Assembly (NCBI GenBank): GCA_963733295.1
Contig: CAVTCS010000003.1
Location: 1,696,001 to 1,760,000, forward strand
DNA length: 64,000 nucleotides
Direction: 5' to 3'
DNA from: Vulcanimicrobiota bacterium
GTDB lineage: Bacteria; Vulcanimicrobiota; Vulcanimicrobiia; Vulcanimicrobiales; Vulcanimicrobiaceae
The notes beneath the pieces were generated by a model that was not told where the DNA came from, made no database searches, and saw only the letters and a list, made by a program, of their open reading frames with translations. Below are positions 39,384-49,156 of the stretch, piece after piece. Position numbers and translations under genes: made by a program. The first letter of the stretch is position 1, and each line of letters begins with the position of its first letter.

Positions 39384-40574
39384 ATGGATGAAAACGGGAA
39401 CCCCTACCGGCCTGGGGCCGGTACGCGGCCACCGCAGCTTGCCGGTCGCGACGCGCTGCTGCGCTCCTTTCGCGTCACGGTCCACCGCGCGCAGCGCAAG
39501 CAGCCGGGCCAGAGCATGCTGGTCACCGGACTCCGCGGGGTCGGCAAGACGGTGCTCTTGCTCGAGTTCATGCGCATTGCCGAGGGCGCAGGCTACGTCG
39601 TCGTCTCGATAGAGTCGCCCCAGAACGACCGCTTCATTCCGATGCTGGGTCAAGCCTTGCGCAGCGCGCTTCTCAAGCTCGACGAAGGGCCCGTTTCAAA
39701 ACTCGTCACGCGTGCGCTCGGAACGCTGAAGAGTTTCTCGGTAACCGAACCGCACGGATTCAAGGTCGCGATCGACATCGACCCCGAGAAAGGAACGGCC
39801 GACTCGGGGCAGCTCGACCTCGATCTGGCCGACCTCTTCGTCGCGCTCGGCGAAGCCGCCGCGGATCGCAAGACCGGCATCGTTCTCGCCGTCGACGAGA
39901 TGCAATATCTCAGCGAGCGCGATTTCGGCGCGTTGATCGCGGCGATTCACCGCACCGTTCAATCCGATTTACCGGTCGTTCTCGTCGGGGCCGGTCTTCC
40001 ACAACTACCCGCCTTGGCCGGAAAGGCCAAGTCGTATGCGGAGCGCCTCTTCACCTTTCCGCGCATCGGCGCGCTCGATCGCGACGGCGCGGACGGCGCA
40101 ATTCTCGGCCCCGCGCGCGATTTGGGCGTGCGCTATGCACCGGCTGCGCTCGAAGAGATCTTCGAGCGGACCGGAGGCTACCCGTACTTCGTTCAAGAGT
40201 ACGCGTACGCAGTCTGGAATGAGGCTCCCGGGCCGCACGTCATCACCCTCGACGACGTCGCGCGCGCTGCGCCGGTCGTCGAGCGCAAGCTCAACGAAAA
40301 CTTCTTCTCCGTGCGAATCGAGCAGCTCACGCCCGCCGAGCGCCGTTACCTCGAAGCGATGGCCGAGTCGGGCGACTCACCCTACGGCACCGGCGCGATC
40401 GCGAAGCGGCTCGGAATGACGCAGCAGCGTCTTGGAACGGTGCGCCAGTCGCTCATCGACAAAGGCATCGTGTACGCGCCAGCCCACGGCGAGCTGGCGT
40501 TCACGGTTCCGCTCTTCGACGAATTCTTGCGCGGCCGTTTCTTCACCGGCCCCGGCGTCAGTGGGCGTGAGTGA
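39384..40574 (+). CDS. AAA-family P-loop ATPase with C-terminal winged helix
   Basis: NPYRPGAG..PP.LAGR, Walker A GLRGVGKT, Walker B LAVDEMQ, TGGYPYFVQ, FTVPLF. Confidence 0.85.
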   Translation: MDENGNPYRPGAGTRPPQLAGRDALLRSFRVTVHRAQRKQPGQSMLVTGLRGVGKTVLLLEFMRIAEGAGYVVVSIESPQNDRFIPMLGQALRSALLKLDEGPVSKLVTRALGTLKSFSVTEPHGFKVAIDIDPEKGTADSGQLDLDLADLFVALGEAAADRKTGIVLAVDEMQYLSERDFGALIAAIHRTVQSDLPVVLVGAGLPQLPALAGKAKSYAERLFTFPRIGALDRDGADGAILGPARDLGVRYAPAALEEIFERTGGYPYFVQEYAYAVWNEAPGPHVITLDDVARAAPVVERKLNENFFSVRIEQLTPAERRYLEAMAESGDSPYGTGAIAKRLGMTQQRLGTVRQSLIDKGIVYAPAHGELAFTVPLFDEFLRGRFFTGPGVSGRE

Positions 40575-41772
40575 AGTTGCCGAGTCGCGCGCCGTGCCGG
40601 GAAAGGCGCTCGAGCGCGTAGCGCATCCCGAGCGGTTCGGTGGGACGGCCCGTCAGCGCGAAGTAGCGCTCCGGATCGATGTTTAGCGTACGCGTTTGTA
40701 CCATGTCGAGCGCGACTTGCGCGAGCACGGCGTCGGCTGCTTCGACCTCTTCACTTGCGTCGGTGATGCCGGGGTGCGTGAGCAGATTGAGCGAAACGCG
40801 AAGGCCCGCATCCACGGCGCGGCGCACGCCGGCGAGCACCTCGTCGAGCCCGTAGCCGAGCGGCCGATAGTACGCCGCATACACCTCTGGACGAAATGAG
40901 TTCAAGCTAACCCGCACGGCGTCGAGCCCCGCATCGATCAACGCGCCGAGCGCTTGCGGCAAGCTGCCGTTGGTATTCAAGTTGATCGTGCCCGCATCGG
41001 TGGCGGCGCGAATTCGCTCGATCGCCCGCACAATCGTCGTCGCACGCAGCAGTGGTTCGCCTTCGCAGCCTTGTCCGAACGACACGATGCCGTCCGGCAC
41101 GCGTTCCAGATGGTGCAGCGCGATCCGCGTCAAGTCGTCGACCGGCGCCTCGAAGTCGATCCGGGTTTGGGGCGAAGGAAAGCCTGCCTCCGGTTCGAGC
41201 TCCGAGATGCAGCCGGCGCAGCGCGCGTTGCACTTCGGCGAGACCGGGAGAGCCGCTTCGCCGCGTTCGAGAAAGACGTTCTGCGCCGTGAAGCAGCCGT
41301 ACTCGAGCGAACACAAGCCGACTTGCGCGAGGACGCGGTTCCCCGGATCGGCGGCGCAACGGTTCGCGACGAGCGCTTCGAGTTCGCCCTGCGCGAAGTT
41401 TCGTGGCGACCAATCCTCGCTCTCGTCGGTGCGCATCGCGGCCACGTGCAGCTCGTCGTCGACGACGCACGCGAACGTGTAACCGAAGAGCGGCAGCGGC
41501 GGCGCACCGGATTTCGTGCGGTAGGCCGGCAACAGCAAGCGGGTGTAGCCCGCGGGCAGCAGGACCGCGAGCGCGGTGCGGCGTCCCGCAGTACCGCCCG
41601 CGAGCAGCGGGGTGCGTCCGGGCAGCAGCGTCGTCACCGTGCCCGCCGGCGCCGGGATCAGTTCGTCGCGCTCCGGCAGCCGGTACGTGCCGCCGTCGGC
41701 TAGCGGATGTTGGAGCGCATCGAAGTAGACGCGACCCGTCGCGCCGGCAAACGCGAGTCCCGCTGCCTTCAC
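40558..41772 (-). CDS. radical SAM protein of unknown function
   Basis: CNARCAGC (CxxxCxxC), SFGQGCEGEPL, NLNTNGS. Confidence 0.88.
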   Translation of the reverse strand: MKAAGLAFAGATGRVYFDALQHPLADGGTYRLPERDELIPAPAGTVTTLLPGRTPLLAGGTAGRRTALAVLLPAGYTRLLLPAYRTKSGAPPLPLFGYTFACVVDDELHVAAMRTDESEDWSPRNFAQGELEALVANRCAADPGNRVLAQVGLCSLEYGCFTAQNVFLERGEAALPVSPKCNARCAGCISELEPEAGFPSPQTRIDFEAPVDDLTRIALHHLERVPDGIVSFGQGCEGEPLLRATTIVRAIERIRAATDAGTINLNTNGSLPQALGALIDAGLDAVRVSLNSFRPEVYAAYYRPLGYGLDEVLAGVRRAVDAGLRVSLNLLTHPGITDASEEVEAADAVLAQVALDMVQTRTLNIDPERYFALTGRPTEPLGMRYALERLSRHGARLGNFTHAH

Positions 41773-42593
41773 GGCGTTATCGTGCGCTCGTATTCGACGA
41801 CCGCCGGCCCTTCGAGAAACGCCGGATTACCCGGCTCCCAACTGACCGCCAGTAAACCGCCCGGAACGACGACCATCGCCGGATTGCGGAGTGCGCCACG
41901 TTTGATGAACGCGGCGGCGCTGGCCACCGCCCCGGTGCCACATGCCTTGGTGACGCCGACGCCGCGCTCGTAGTGCCGTACGGTAAGCGTCTTGCGTCCC
42001 GTCTGCTCGACGAAATGAACGTTCGTCCCGTCTGGAAAGCGCTCGTGCGTGGCCAGAGCGGCGCCCAGATTTTCGACGTCGACCGACTGCACGTTCGGCA
42101 CCGGAACCACGATGTGCGGATTGCCCAGCGAAACCGCGACGTAGGTCCAGGTGCGGTCGGCGAGCGTGATGCTCTGCTCTTCCCCGTCGTCTGGGAACTC
42201 CGGCACGCCCATATTGACCAGCACCCAGTATTCGTCGCGCTGGCGCGAGAGGATTTTCGTTTCGATTGCACCGGCGCGCGTCACGATCGTAAAGGCTTCA
42301 CCCGAGCCGCGTTCCGCCAGGTAGCGGGCGACGCAACGCACGCCGTTGCCGCACATCTCCGCTTCGCTGCCGTCGGCGTTGAAGATCCGCATCGCGGCGT
42401 CGCCGGATTCGCTGTCGAGCACCACGAGCAAACCGTCGGCGCCCATCCCGCTGCCCCGGTCGCAAATCTCGCGCGCCAGCCGTTCGTAGTTGTCGTAGTG
42501 GGGCGGCCGCTCGTCGAGGAGCACGAAATCGTTTTGCGTTCCGTTCATCTTGACGAACGTCGAGGGCCAGATGTCGCTCAGCGTGACGTTCAC
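41769..42593 (-). CDS. dapF: diaminopimelate epimerase
   Basis: KMNGTQNDF, GADG, NADGSEAEMCGNGVRC, GNPH, ERGVGVTKACGTG. Confidence 0.96.
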   Translation of the reverse strand: MNVTLSDIWPSTFVKMNGTQNDFVLLDERPPHYDNYERLAREICDRGSGMGADGLLVVLDSESGDAAMRIFNADGSEAEMCGNGVRCVARYLAERGSGEAFTIVTRAGAIETKILSRQRDEYWVLVNMGVPEFPDDGEEQSITLADRTWTYVAVSLGNPHIVVPVPNVQSVDVENLGAALATHERFPDGTNVHFVEQTGRKTLTVRHYERGVGVTKACGTGAVASAAAFIKRGALRNPAMVVVPGGLLAVSWEPGNPAFLEGPAVVEYERTITP

Positions 42594-42868
42594 GGCATCT
42601 CCCGGGCGTCGGCCTCAAGGGCCGCACCGAAGACGAACGGGCCTGCCGGAGAGATGGTTGAGACGGCGTGCTTGTAGATCAAGTGCAGACGGTGCTCGTA
42701 GTCGAGAACGATCGTGAAGGCGTCGAAGCCTTTCACCGTTCCCTTCAGCTGAAACCCGTTTACGAGGTAAACGGTGACCGGAACCGCTTGCCGCTTTGCC
42801 TCGGCCAGGTACGAGTCTTGCAGCGCGGCGGAGCGCGTCTGAGGTTGCACTCCGTCTCGAGGGGACAT
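42590..42868 (-). CDS. hfq: RNA chaperone Hfq
   Basis: LQDSYL...VTVYLVNGFQLKG.V.GFD.FT...LIYKHAVSTI; downstream of miaA; start ATG 42868. Confidence 0.95.
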   Translation of the reverse strand: MSPRDGVQPQTRSAALQDSYLAEAKRQAVPVTVYLVNGFQLKGTVKGFDAFTIVLDYEHRLHLIYKHAVSTISPAGPFVFGAALEADAREMP

Positions 42869-42878
42869 GTTCGCGGCT

Positions 42879-43787
42879 TCAGGCCCATCCCGGTATTTCC
42901 CTCGCCAAGCGACTAAGCGTCTCGAGCGCATCGTGATGTGGAACGCTCCGCGTGCCCGGCTCGCCTCGAAACCACGTGCGCTGACGCTTTGAGTAGCGGC
43001 GGGTCGAGCGGATCAGATGCCGCCGAAGTTCTTCGGCACTTGAGTATCCGGCGAGATAGGCCAGCGCCTCGGGATACCCCACGGCGTCGGCAGCGACCGC
43101 ATCGGCGCCGATACGCTCCGCCTCCTCGAGAAAGCCGCCGGCCAGCATCGCGTCGACCCGGGCCTCGATGCGTGCGTCGAGGATCTCTTGCTCGACTTCG
43201 AGGACGGCTTTGTGGAAGGTGGGGAAAGGCGTCTCGCGATCGGCCGCGACCGGCAGATCCTCCCGGAGGTTCGAGCCGAGCGCGATCTCGAGCGCGCGAA
43301 CGACGCGGTAGCGGTCGCGCGGCACGATCGCTGTGGCTCGCTCGGGAGCGCGAACCGTCAGCCAGCCGTGCAGAAACTCCGGATCGTGAAGGCGCGCCTC
43401 GCGCGCCAACCGGTCGCGCAGCGCCGCGTCGAACACATCCGAAAGTTCGACGTCGCCGCTGAGCGCGCGAATGTAGAATCCGGTCCCGCCGGCGACGATC
43501 GCGCGCTTACCCCGCGCGTGGATCTCGTCGATGACGCGGCGGGCATCGTACGCGAAGCGCGCCGCGCTATAACGTTCGCGAGGATCCAGAAATTCGACCA
43601 GATGATGGCGCACGCGTGCGCGCTGCTCCTCGCTCGGGGCCGCCGTTCCGAGCGGCATGCCGCGATAGATCTGACGCGAGTCGGCGCCGACGATCTCCGC
43701 GTCGAAGCGTAGCGCCAACTCGAGCGCGAGCGCGCTCTTCCCGCTCCCGGTCGGGCCGCCCAGCACGAGAACTCCCGGCACTAGCAC
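42879..43787 (-). CDS. miaA: tRNA dimethylallyltransferase
   Basis: GPTGSGKS, ADSRQIYRGM..GTA, GGTGFY, YSKRQRTWF. Confidence 0.96.
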   Translation of the reverse strand: MLVPGVLVLGGPTGSGKSALALELALRFDAEIVGADSRQIYRGMPLGTAAPSEEQRARVRHHLVEFLDPRERYSAARFAYDARRVIDEIHARGKRAIVAGGTGFYIRALSGDVELSDVFDAALRDRLAREARLHDPEFLHGWLTVRAPERATAIVPRDRYRVVRALEIALGSNLREDLPVAADRETPFPTFHKAVLEVEQEILDARIEARVDAMLAGGFLEEAERIGADAVAADAVGYPEALAYLAGYSSAEELRRHLIRSTRRYSKRQRTWFRGEPGTRSVPHHDALETLSRLAREIPGWA

Positions 43788-43788
43788 G

Positions 43789-45474
43789 CTAGCTGCGTTT
43801 GAACATGCGCGCGATCGCTTCGGGCTCGATGCGAACGATCGTGGGGCGGCCGTGCGGGCAGTGCATCGGATTCTCGCAGCGTCGAAGCCGCGCCAGCAGA
43901 GCCGACATCTCGCTCGGTTCGAGGGGATCGCCGGCCCGCACGACGGAGTGACATGCGAGCGAGGCCCAGACGCGTTCGCGCGCGCTCAGACCGCGCACCT
44001 CGTCACCCAGGTCTTCCAGGTAACCGCGCACGTCGAAGGCGCGCGCGGCGTAACCGGCCGGCGTCGCGCTCACGCGAAAGGTTCGCTCGCCGAAAGGCTC
44101 GGCCTCGAGTCCGGCTTCAGCCAGGTTCGGCAGCGAGGCTTCGAAACGCGCCGCGTCGTCCGCATCGAGTTCGATCGTGTACGGAATGAGCAGCGGTTCG
44201 CTGCGCGGCTCGGCGCCGCGTCGCGCGATCGTCTCGAACGCGACGCGTTCGTGCGCCGCGTGCTGATCGACTAACACCAGCGCGTCCCCGTCGGTCGCGA
44301 GGATGAACGTATCGTCGAGCTGCGCTAGGATCCGCAGCTCTTGCGGACGGGCGGGCTCGGCGGCCGCTTCCAGGTCGAAGGCCGGCGCGAGGCTTGCGCT
44401 TGCAGCCTCGGGAGCGCGCGCCGCAGCGCTTCCGTTCGGCGTACCCGGCGGCGCGAACGAGAGCGCCGCGTGGAGGCGCGAACTCGCGTCGCGCGTCAAC
44501 GTCGCGGCGATGGAACGCCGGACGCTGTCGCCAATTTCGTTCGGGTAGCGCAAGCGCACGTCGCTCTTGGTCGGGTGAACGTTCGGGTCGACGCGATCGG
44601 CGGGCACGTCGAGAACGAGCACCCCGAACGGATGGCGGTGCGCGAGGGCGAAGGTCGCATATCCGCCCGACCATGCACCGGCCATCAGGTTCGAACGCAA
44701 GAGCCGGCCGTTGACGAAGAGGTGCTGCATGCGCCGGTCGGCGCGGTCGGCGCCTGGTTTGCTGACGAAACCGCGCAACGCCACGTGCGCGTCCGGTTGC
44801 GCCACGAGCGGCAGCAAATCGCGCGCCGCAGCGTAGCCGAAAACGTGCGCGAGCCGCTGCTCGAGCGAGTTTGCTTCGGGGAAAACCCAGACGCTGCGGC
44901 CGTCGTGGGTTAGCGCAAAGGCGACCTGCGGATACGCCAGCGCAAGCGTTGCGAGAAAGTTCGAGATGCGTGCGAACTCCGCCGCCGGCGTGCGGAGATA
45001 TTCGCGGCGCGCCGGAACGTTCGCGAACAAGTCCCGGACCGTCACGCGCGTGCCCGGCGCCGCCGCGACCGGTTCCGGTGGTGCGATCGTCAGCTCGAAG
45101 GCGTCGGTCGCGTAGCCGACCTCGCCGGGGAGCGCGCGAGAAACGAGCCTCACCCGCGCGACCGCAGCGATGCTCGCCAGCCCTTCGCCCCGGAAACCGA
45201 GCGTGGCGATTTGCGTCAGGTCGGCGGCGCCGAACAACTTGCTCGTCGCGTGACGCGCGAATGCGAGCTCGAGTTCGTCCGGCGGAATGCCCGCGCCGTC
45301 GTCGACGACCTCGATCGCATCGAGACCGCCGCGCTCCGCCGTGACCGCGATGCGCAACGCGCCGGCATCCAGCGAGTTCTCGACGAGCTCCTTGACGACG
45401 GAGAGCGGACGTTCGACGACCTCGCCGGCGGCGATCTGTCCGACGGTCGTGCGATCGAGCAGCCGAATGGGCAC
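43789..45474 (-). CDS. mutL: DNA mismatch repair endonuclease MutL
   Basis: QIAAGEVVERP.SVVKELVENSLDAG, GFRGEGLASI, NVHPTK, DQHAAHER, ACH, CPHGRP. Confidence 0.97.
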   Translation of the reverse strand: MPIRLLDRTTVGQIAAGEVVERPLSVVKELVENSLDAGALRIAVTAERGGLDAIEVVDDGAGIPPDELELAFARHATSKLFGAADLTQIATLGFRGEGLASIAAVARVRLVSRALPGEVGYATDAFELTIAPPEPVAAAPGTRVTVRDLFANVPARREYLRTPAAEFARISNFLATLALAYPQVAFALTHDGRSVWVFPEANSLEQRLAHVFGYAAARDLLPLVAQPDAHVALRGFVSKPGADRADRRMQHLFVNGRLLRSNLMAGAWSGGYATFALAHRHPFGVLVLDVPADRVDPNVHPTKSDVRLRYPNEIGDSVRRSIAATLTRDASSRLHAALSFAPPGTPNGSAAARAPEAASASLAPAFDLEAAAEPARPQELRILAQLDDTFILATDGDALVLVDQHAAHERVAFETIARRGAEPRSEPLLIPYTIELDADDAARFEASLPNLAEAGLEAEPFGERTFRVSATPAGYAARAFDVRGYLEDLGDEVRGLSARERVWASLACHSVVRAGDPLEPSEMSALLARLRRCENPMHCPHGRPTIVRIEPEAIARMFKRS

Positions 45475-45480
45475 GAAGCC

Positions 45481-47055
45481 CTATACGGCGATTGCCTGGT
45501 CCTCTCCGGCGTAGGCTCCGCGCGCGCGCGGCAAGCGAATCGTGAAGCGGCAGCCTTGGCCGGGGGCGGTATCGAGTTCGATCGTGCCGCCCGCACGCTC
45601 GACCGCGCGCTTGACGATCGCGAGTCCGAGCCCGTGCCCTTCGGTTTCGCCCCGGTTTTGACCGCGGTAGAAACGATCGAACACGTGCGGCCGGTCTTCG
45701 GGTGCGAGGCCCGGCCCGCGGTCCGAGACGAGCACGACGGCGTCCTCACCTTCGGGCCGGACATCGAGCCGAACCGGTCCGCCAGGCGCATATTTCAACG
45801 CGTTTTCGACCAGATTCGAGATCGCTTCGCGCAGCTCGTGCGAGCTTCCGTGGACGACGACCGGCTGCGCTTGCATTTCGATTCGCGCCTCGGGACGAAG
45901 CGCTTTGGCCGCAACGACGGTTTGTTCGGCAAGTTCGCTGAGGTCGACGTCCCCGAGATCCGGCGAGGCTTGCGGATTCTCGAGCCGCGCCAGCGCGATC
46001 AGCTTGTCGATCAGGGACTTCATCCGCCGGCTCTCGGTCAGCATCGTGTCGTAGATCTTGCTCGAAATTGCGGCCTCGTTCGCACTGCGCTTACGCAGGA
46101 CGTCGATGAATCCCATGATGACCGTGAGCGGCGTGCGTAGTTCGTGGCTCGCGTCCGCGACGAATTGGCGCATGTGCACCTCGACGCGGCGGCGCTCTTC
46201 GAACGCGGCGTTGACTTGCGCCACCGCTCCGTTGTACGCAAGGACGAGTTCCCCGATTTCGTTGCGAGCGGCAGCGACGACCGGGCGTGGCGTGAAGTCA
46301 CCGTCGGCGAAACGTTTGAGCGCCTCCGTCGTTTCGACGAGCGGACGCAAGGCTTGGCCCGCGATGATCCGTCCGAAGAACCACGCGGCCAGAATGACGA
46401 ACGCGCCGATCGGCAGCATCGCGATCCAGGCTGCGTTCACCGTTGAGACGAGCATCCGCGGATCGGCAACGACGCGGATCACGCCGCCAGGCACGACGAC
46501 GCTCTGCGGATCGATGTGCAAGAGCGAGTTCAAGCCGAATGGGAAGGGCGGAATGCGTTCGAAGATCGGATTGTGCGGCGGAGGACCCCCGAACGAGGGC
46601 GGCCCGTACGAGCCCGGTGCCGCGAACGAACCGGAGGCCTTATCGGTGTTCGGCGGCGCGAAGCGCAAAGGCGGCGGCCACTCGTGCGCGCGCGCGTCGC
46701 GCTGCGGCGATGCAGGGTCGTGCGGCGGTGCAAAAAACTGCGGTCCGTCGTCGTAGAAGCCGCCGCCCAAAAAATGTCGCGTCCGCCCGTCGGTCGCGAG
46801 GATCGCGACGCCGACGCCGGGCCGCACCAAATGCCGTACGATCTCGGGCGTCGCGGCAGCCAGCGTGCCGTAATGCGCTTCGGCCAGCCGCACTTCGTCC
46901 GGTGCGGCGCGCGCGACCGTCTCGACCGATTCGCGCGCTCCGATTCCGAAAACCGACAGCGCGAAGGCCGTCACCGCGACCGTCGCGACGACGACCAGCA
47001 CGATCGCCGCGAACACGTAGGATGCAACCAAACGCGTGCGCAGCGTCCGGAACAC
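45481..47055 (-). CDS. HAMP-domain sensor histidine kinase
   Basis: Two TM segments, HAMP, FVADASHELRTPL, NLVENALKY, FDRFYR, GHGLGLAIV. Confidence 0.93.
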   Translation of the reverse strand: MFRTLRTRLVASYVFAAIVLVVVATVAVTAFALSVFGIGARESVETVARAAPDEVRLAEAHYGTLAAATPEIVRHLVRPGVGVAILATDGRTRHFLGGGFYDDGPQFFAPPHDPASPQRDARAHEWPPPLRFAPPNTDKASGSFAAPGSYGPPSFGGPPPHNPIFERIPPFPFGLNSLLHIDPQSVVVPGGVIRVVADPRMLVSTVNAAWIAMLPIGAFVILAAWFFGRIIAGQALRPLVETTEALKRFADGDFTPRPVVAAARNEIGELVLAYNGAVAQVNAAFEERRRVEVHMRQFVADASHELRTPLTVIMGFIDVLRKRSANEAAISSKIYDTMLTESRRMKSLIDKLIALARLENPQASPDLGDVDLSELAEQTVVAAKALRPEARIEMQAQPVVVHGSSHELREAISNLVENALKYAPGGPVRLDVRPEGEDAVVLVSDRGPGLAPEDRPHVFDRFYRGQNRGETEGHGLGLAIVKRAVERAGGTIELDTAPGQGCRFTIRLPRARGAYAGEDQAIAV

Positions 47056-47058
47056 GCT

Positions 47059-47742
47059 TTAAGCCTCGCGCAACGAGTAACCGGCTCCGCGATGCGTATG
47101 GATCAAGCGTTTGGGGAAACCTTGGTCGATCTTCGCGCGCAGGTACGAAATGTACGTTTCGACTGCGCCCGGACCGACGTAGCGCGCCGTTCCCCACACC
47201 TGATCGAGCAACTGGTCGCGGCTGAACACCCGCTGCGGACTGCGCAAGAGCGCGACCAGCAAATCGTATTCCCGTGCCGAAAGCGAGATGTTGCGAGTTC
47301 CGCGGCGGGCGGCCCGCGTCTCGAGGTTCACCTCGAGGTCGGCGTAGCGCAGGACCTGCGGCGCAGCGAGCTTCGGACGGCGCAGCGCGGTTTCGAGACG
47401 TGCCGCCAGCTCGGCCATTTGGAAAGGCTTGGCGACGTAGTCGTCGGCGCCGCTCGAGAGGCCGCTCACCTTATCTGCAACGTCACCTTTCGCGCTGAGC
47501 ATGATAATTGGAGCTTCGGTTAACTTCCGGAACATCGGGAGCAGCGAAATGCCGTCGATCTTGGGCAGCATGACGTCGAGTACGATGGCGTCCGGACGCC
47601 ATTCACGTGCGACCTGCAAGCCGACTTGGCCGTCGGGCGCCGAGCGGACTTCGTAGCCCTCGTCGCCGAGGCCGATCTCCAGCAGTTCGCGGATATTGCG
47701 TTCGTCGTCGACGACGAGGACGCGTGCGGCAGCTTGGCTCAT
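47059..47742 (-). CDS. OmpR/PhoB family response regulator (MprA-like)
   Basis: VVDDE, LDVMLP, GADDYVAKPF, VETYISYLRAK...LIHTHRGAGY. Confidence 0.95.
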   Translation of the reverse strand: MSQAAARVLVVDDERNIRELLEIGLGDEGYEVRSAPDGQVGLQVAREWRPDAIVLDVMLPKIDGISLLPMFRKLTEAPIIMLSAKGDVADKVSGLSSGADDYVAKPFQMAELAARLETALRRPKLAAPQVLRYADLEVNLETRAARRGTRNISLSAREYDLLVALLRSPQRVFSRDQLLDQVWGTARYVGPGAVETYISYLRAKIDQGFPKRLIHTHRGAGYSLREA

Positions 47743-47767
47743 CTTACTTCGATGCTACGGTCGCTTT

Positions 47768-47834
47768 CTGAGAGAACCCTGTGAACCGCGGTCGCTCGCT
47801 TGAAACTCTCATCGCATTCTCAGTAACGTCTCAG
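47768..47834. promoter_or_regulatory. putative OmpR-family binding boxes (TCTCAG-like direct repeats, 11-bp period)
   Basis: + strand TCTCA at 47807, 47818 and 47829; - strand TCACAG-N5-TCTCAG at 47784-47768; all in the divergent intergenic region. Confidence 0.65.
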
Positions 47835-47856
47835 CCGCCACGAGCGATACTCTTGT

Positions 47857-48222
47857 ATGTTGCAGGCAACGCCCGTTCGACCCGCCGGTGCGCCACGCGC
47901 CGCCACAGCCATCGACCTCATTGGAGACTTGGATAAAACCCTCGCCACCATGTTCGGCGAAACGCTGGACGGGATCGTCTCGCGCGGCGATTCGGACACG
48001 ATCGTGAACCTCGGTAACGTCGCGGTGCTCCACGAAGAGGGTCTGGCCGCCGTGATCCGGCTGGTCGTGGAATACCGTCTGCGAGGTTTCCCGATCGCGG
48101 TACGCGCCGGCCAGCGTCGGATCCGCTCGCTGCTGAAAGCGGCCCGCATCCCGTGCGAGAGTGAGGCCGAGGGCACGCTCGGCCGCAACCGACAGGTCAT
48201 GATCGCGCGCCATATGACCTAG
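47857..48222 (+). CDS. STAS-domain (anti-sigma-factor antagonist-like) protein
   Basis: IDLIGDLD...IVNLGNVAVLHEEGLAAV...IRSLLKAA; the usual phosphoacceptor D-S-S-G appears as H-E-E-G. Confidence 0.65.
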   Translation: MLQATPVRPAGAPRAATAIDLIGDLDKTLATMFGETLDGIVSRGDSDTIVNLGNVAVLHEEGLAAVIRLVVEYRLRGFPIAVRAGQRRIRSLLKAARIPCESEAEGTLGRNRQVMIARHMT

Positions 48223-48229
48223 CTCCCGC

Positions 48230-49156
48230 TTGAGTGCCGGAAGGGGCGGTTCGCACCTGTATCGCTATCTCGTCGTCGACGTCTTTACCGAGGTTCCGTT
48301 TTTCGGTAATCCACTTGCGGTTTTTCCCGATGCGCACGGTCTTTCCGACGACGCGATGCAAACGATCGCGCGCGAATTGAATCTTTCGGAAACGTCGTTC
48401 GTCTTCGCGCCGGCCGACGCGCGCAACGCGGCTCGCCTGCGCATCTTTACGCCGGGACGTGAGGTCGACTTCGCCGGTCATCCGACTATCGGTACCGCGT
48501 TCGCGCTCGTTTCGCTCGAGCGCGTGCCGGCTTCGGTAAACGAGTTCGTCCTCGAAGAGAACGTCGGACCGGTGCCGATACGGCTCGAGCGGCGCGCCGA
48601 CCCGTTTCTCGCCTGGCTGCGTACGCCGCCGATTAGCTTCGGCGCGAAGTACGACCGCGCTCAAGCCGCGGCGATGCTCGGCCTGCCCGCGAGCGATCTG
48701 CTCGGCGATTTGCCGGTTCAGGAAGCGGGCGCGGGCAATCCCTTCATCTATGTTGCGCTGCGCGAGCGCGCGGCGGTCGATAAGGCCGAACTGGAGGTCG
48801 GCGCGCTGCTGCGCCTCGGACCCGACAGCGCCGCCGCCGGCGTCTTCGTTTTCGCGCCGGTCGAGGGCGGGGTCTACGCCCGCATGTTCGCTCCGCGCTC
48901 GGGAATCCGCGAAGACCCTGCAACCGGCAGCGCGACCGGGCCGCTCGGCGCGTATCTCGTGGAATACGGCTTACTCGAACGGCGCGACGGCCTTCGCTTC
49001 ACGAATGAGCAAGGCACGAAGATGCAGCGCCGGAGTTTTATTCACGGCCGCTTGAACGTGGCCGGCGGCGTGCTCGAGAGCGTCGACGTCGGCGGTAGCG
49101 CCGTGCGCCTGATCGAAGGAACGCTCGAAACGATCGGACTTAGCCGCGCTCCGTGA
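48230..49156 (+). CDS. PhzF family isomerase/epimerase
   Basis: VDVFT..PFFGNPLAV, ELNLSETSF, FAGHPTIG, EDPATGSA; exact start uncertain. Confidence 0.92.
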   Translation: MSAGRGGSHLYRYLVVDVFTEVPFFGNPLAVFPDAHGLSDDAMQTIARELNLSETSFVFAPADARNAARLRIFTPGREVDFAGHPTIGTAFALVSLERVPASVNEFVLEENVGPVPIRLERRADPFLAWLRTPPISFGAKYDRAQAAAMLGLPASDLLGDLPVQEAGAGNPFIYVALRERAAVDKAELEVGALLRLGPDSAAAGVFVFAPVEGGVYARMFAPRSGIREDPATGSATGPLGAYLVEYGLLERRDGLRFTNEQGTKMQRRSFIHGRLNVAGGVLESVDVGGSAVRLIEGTLETIGLSRAP

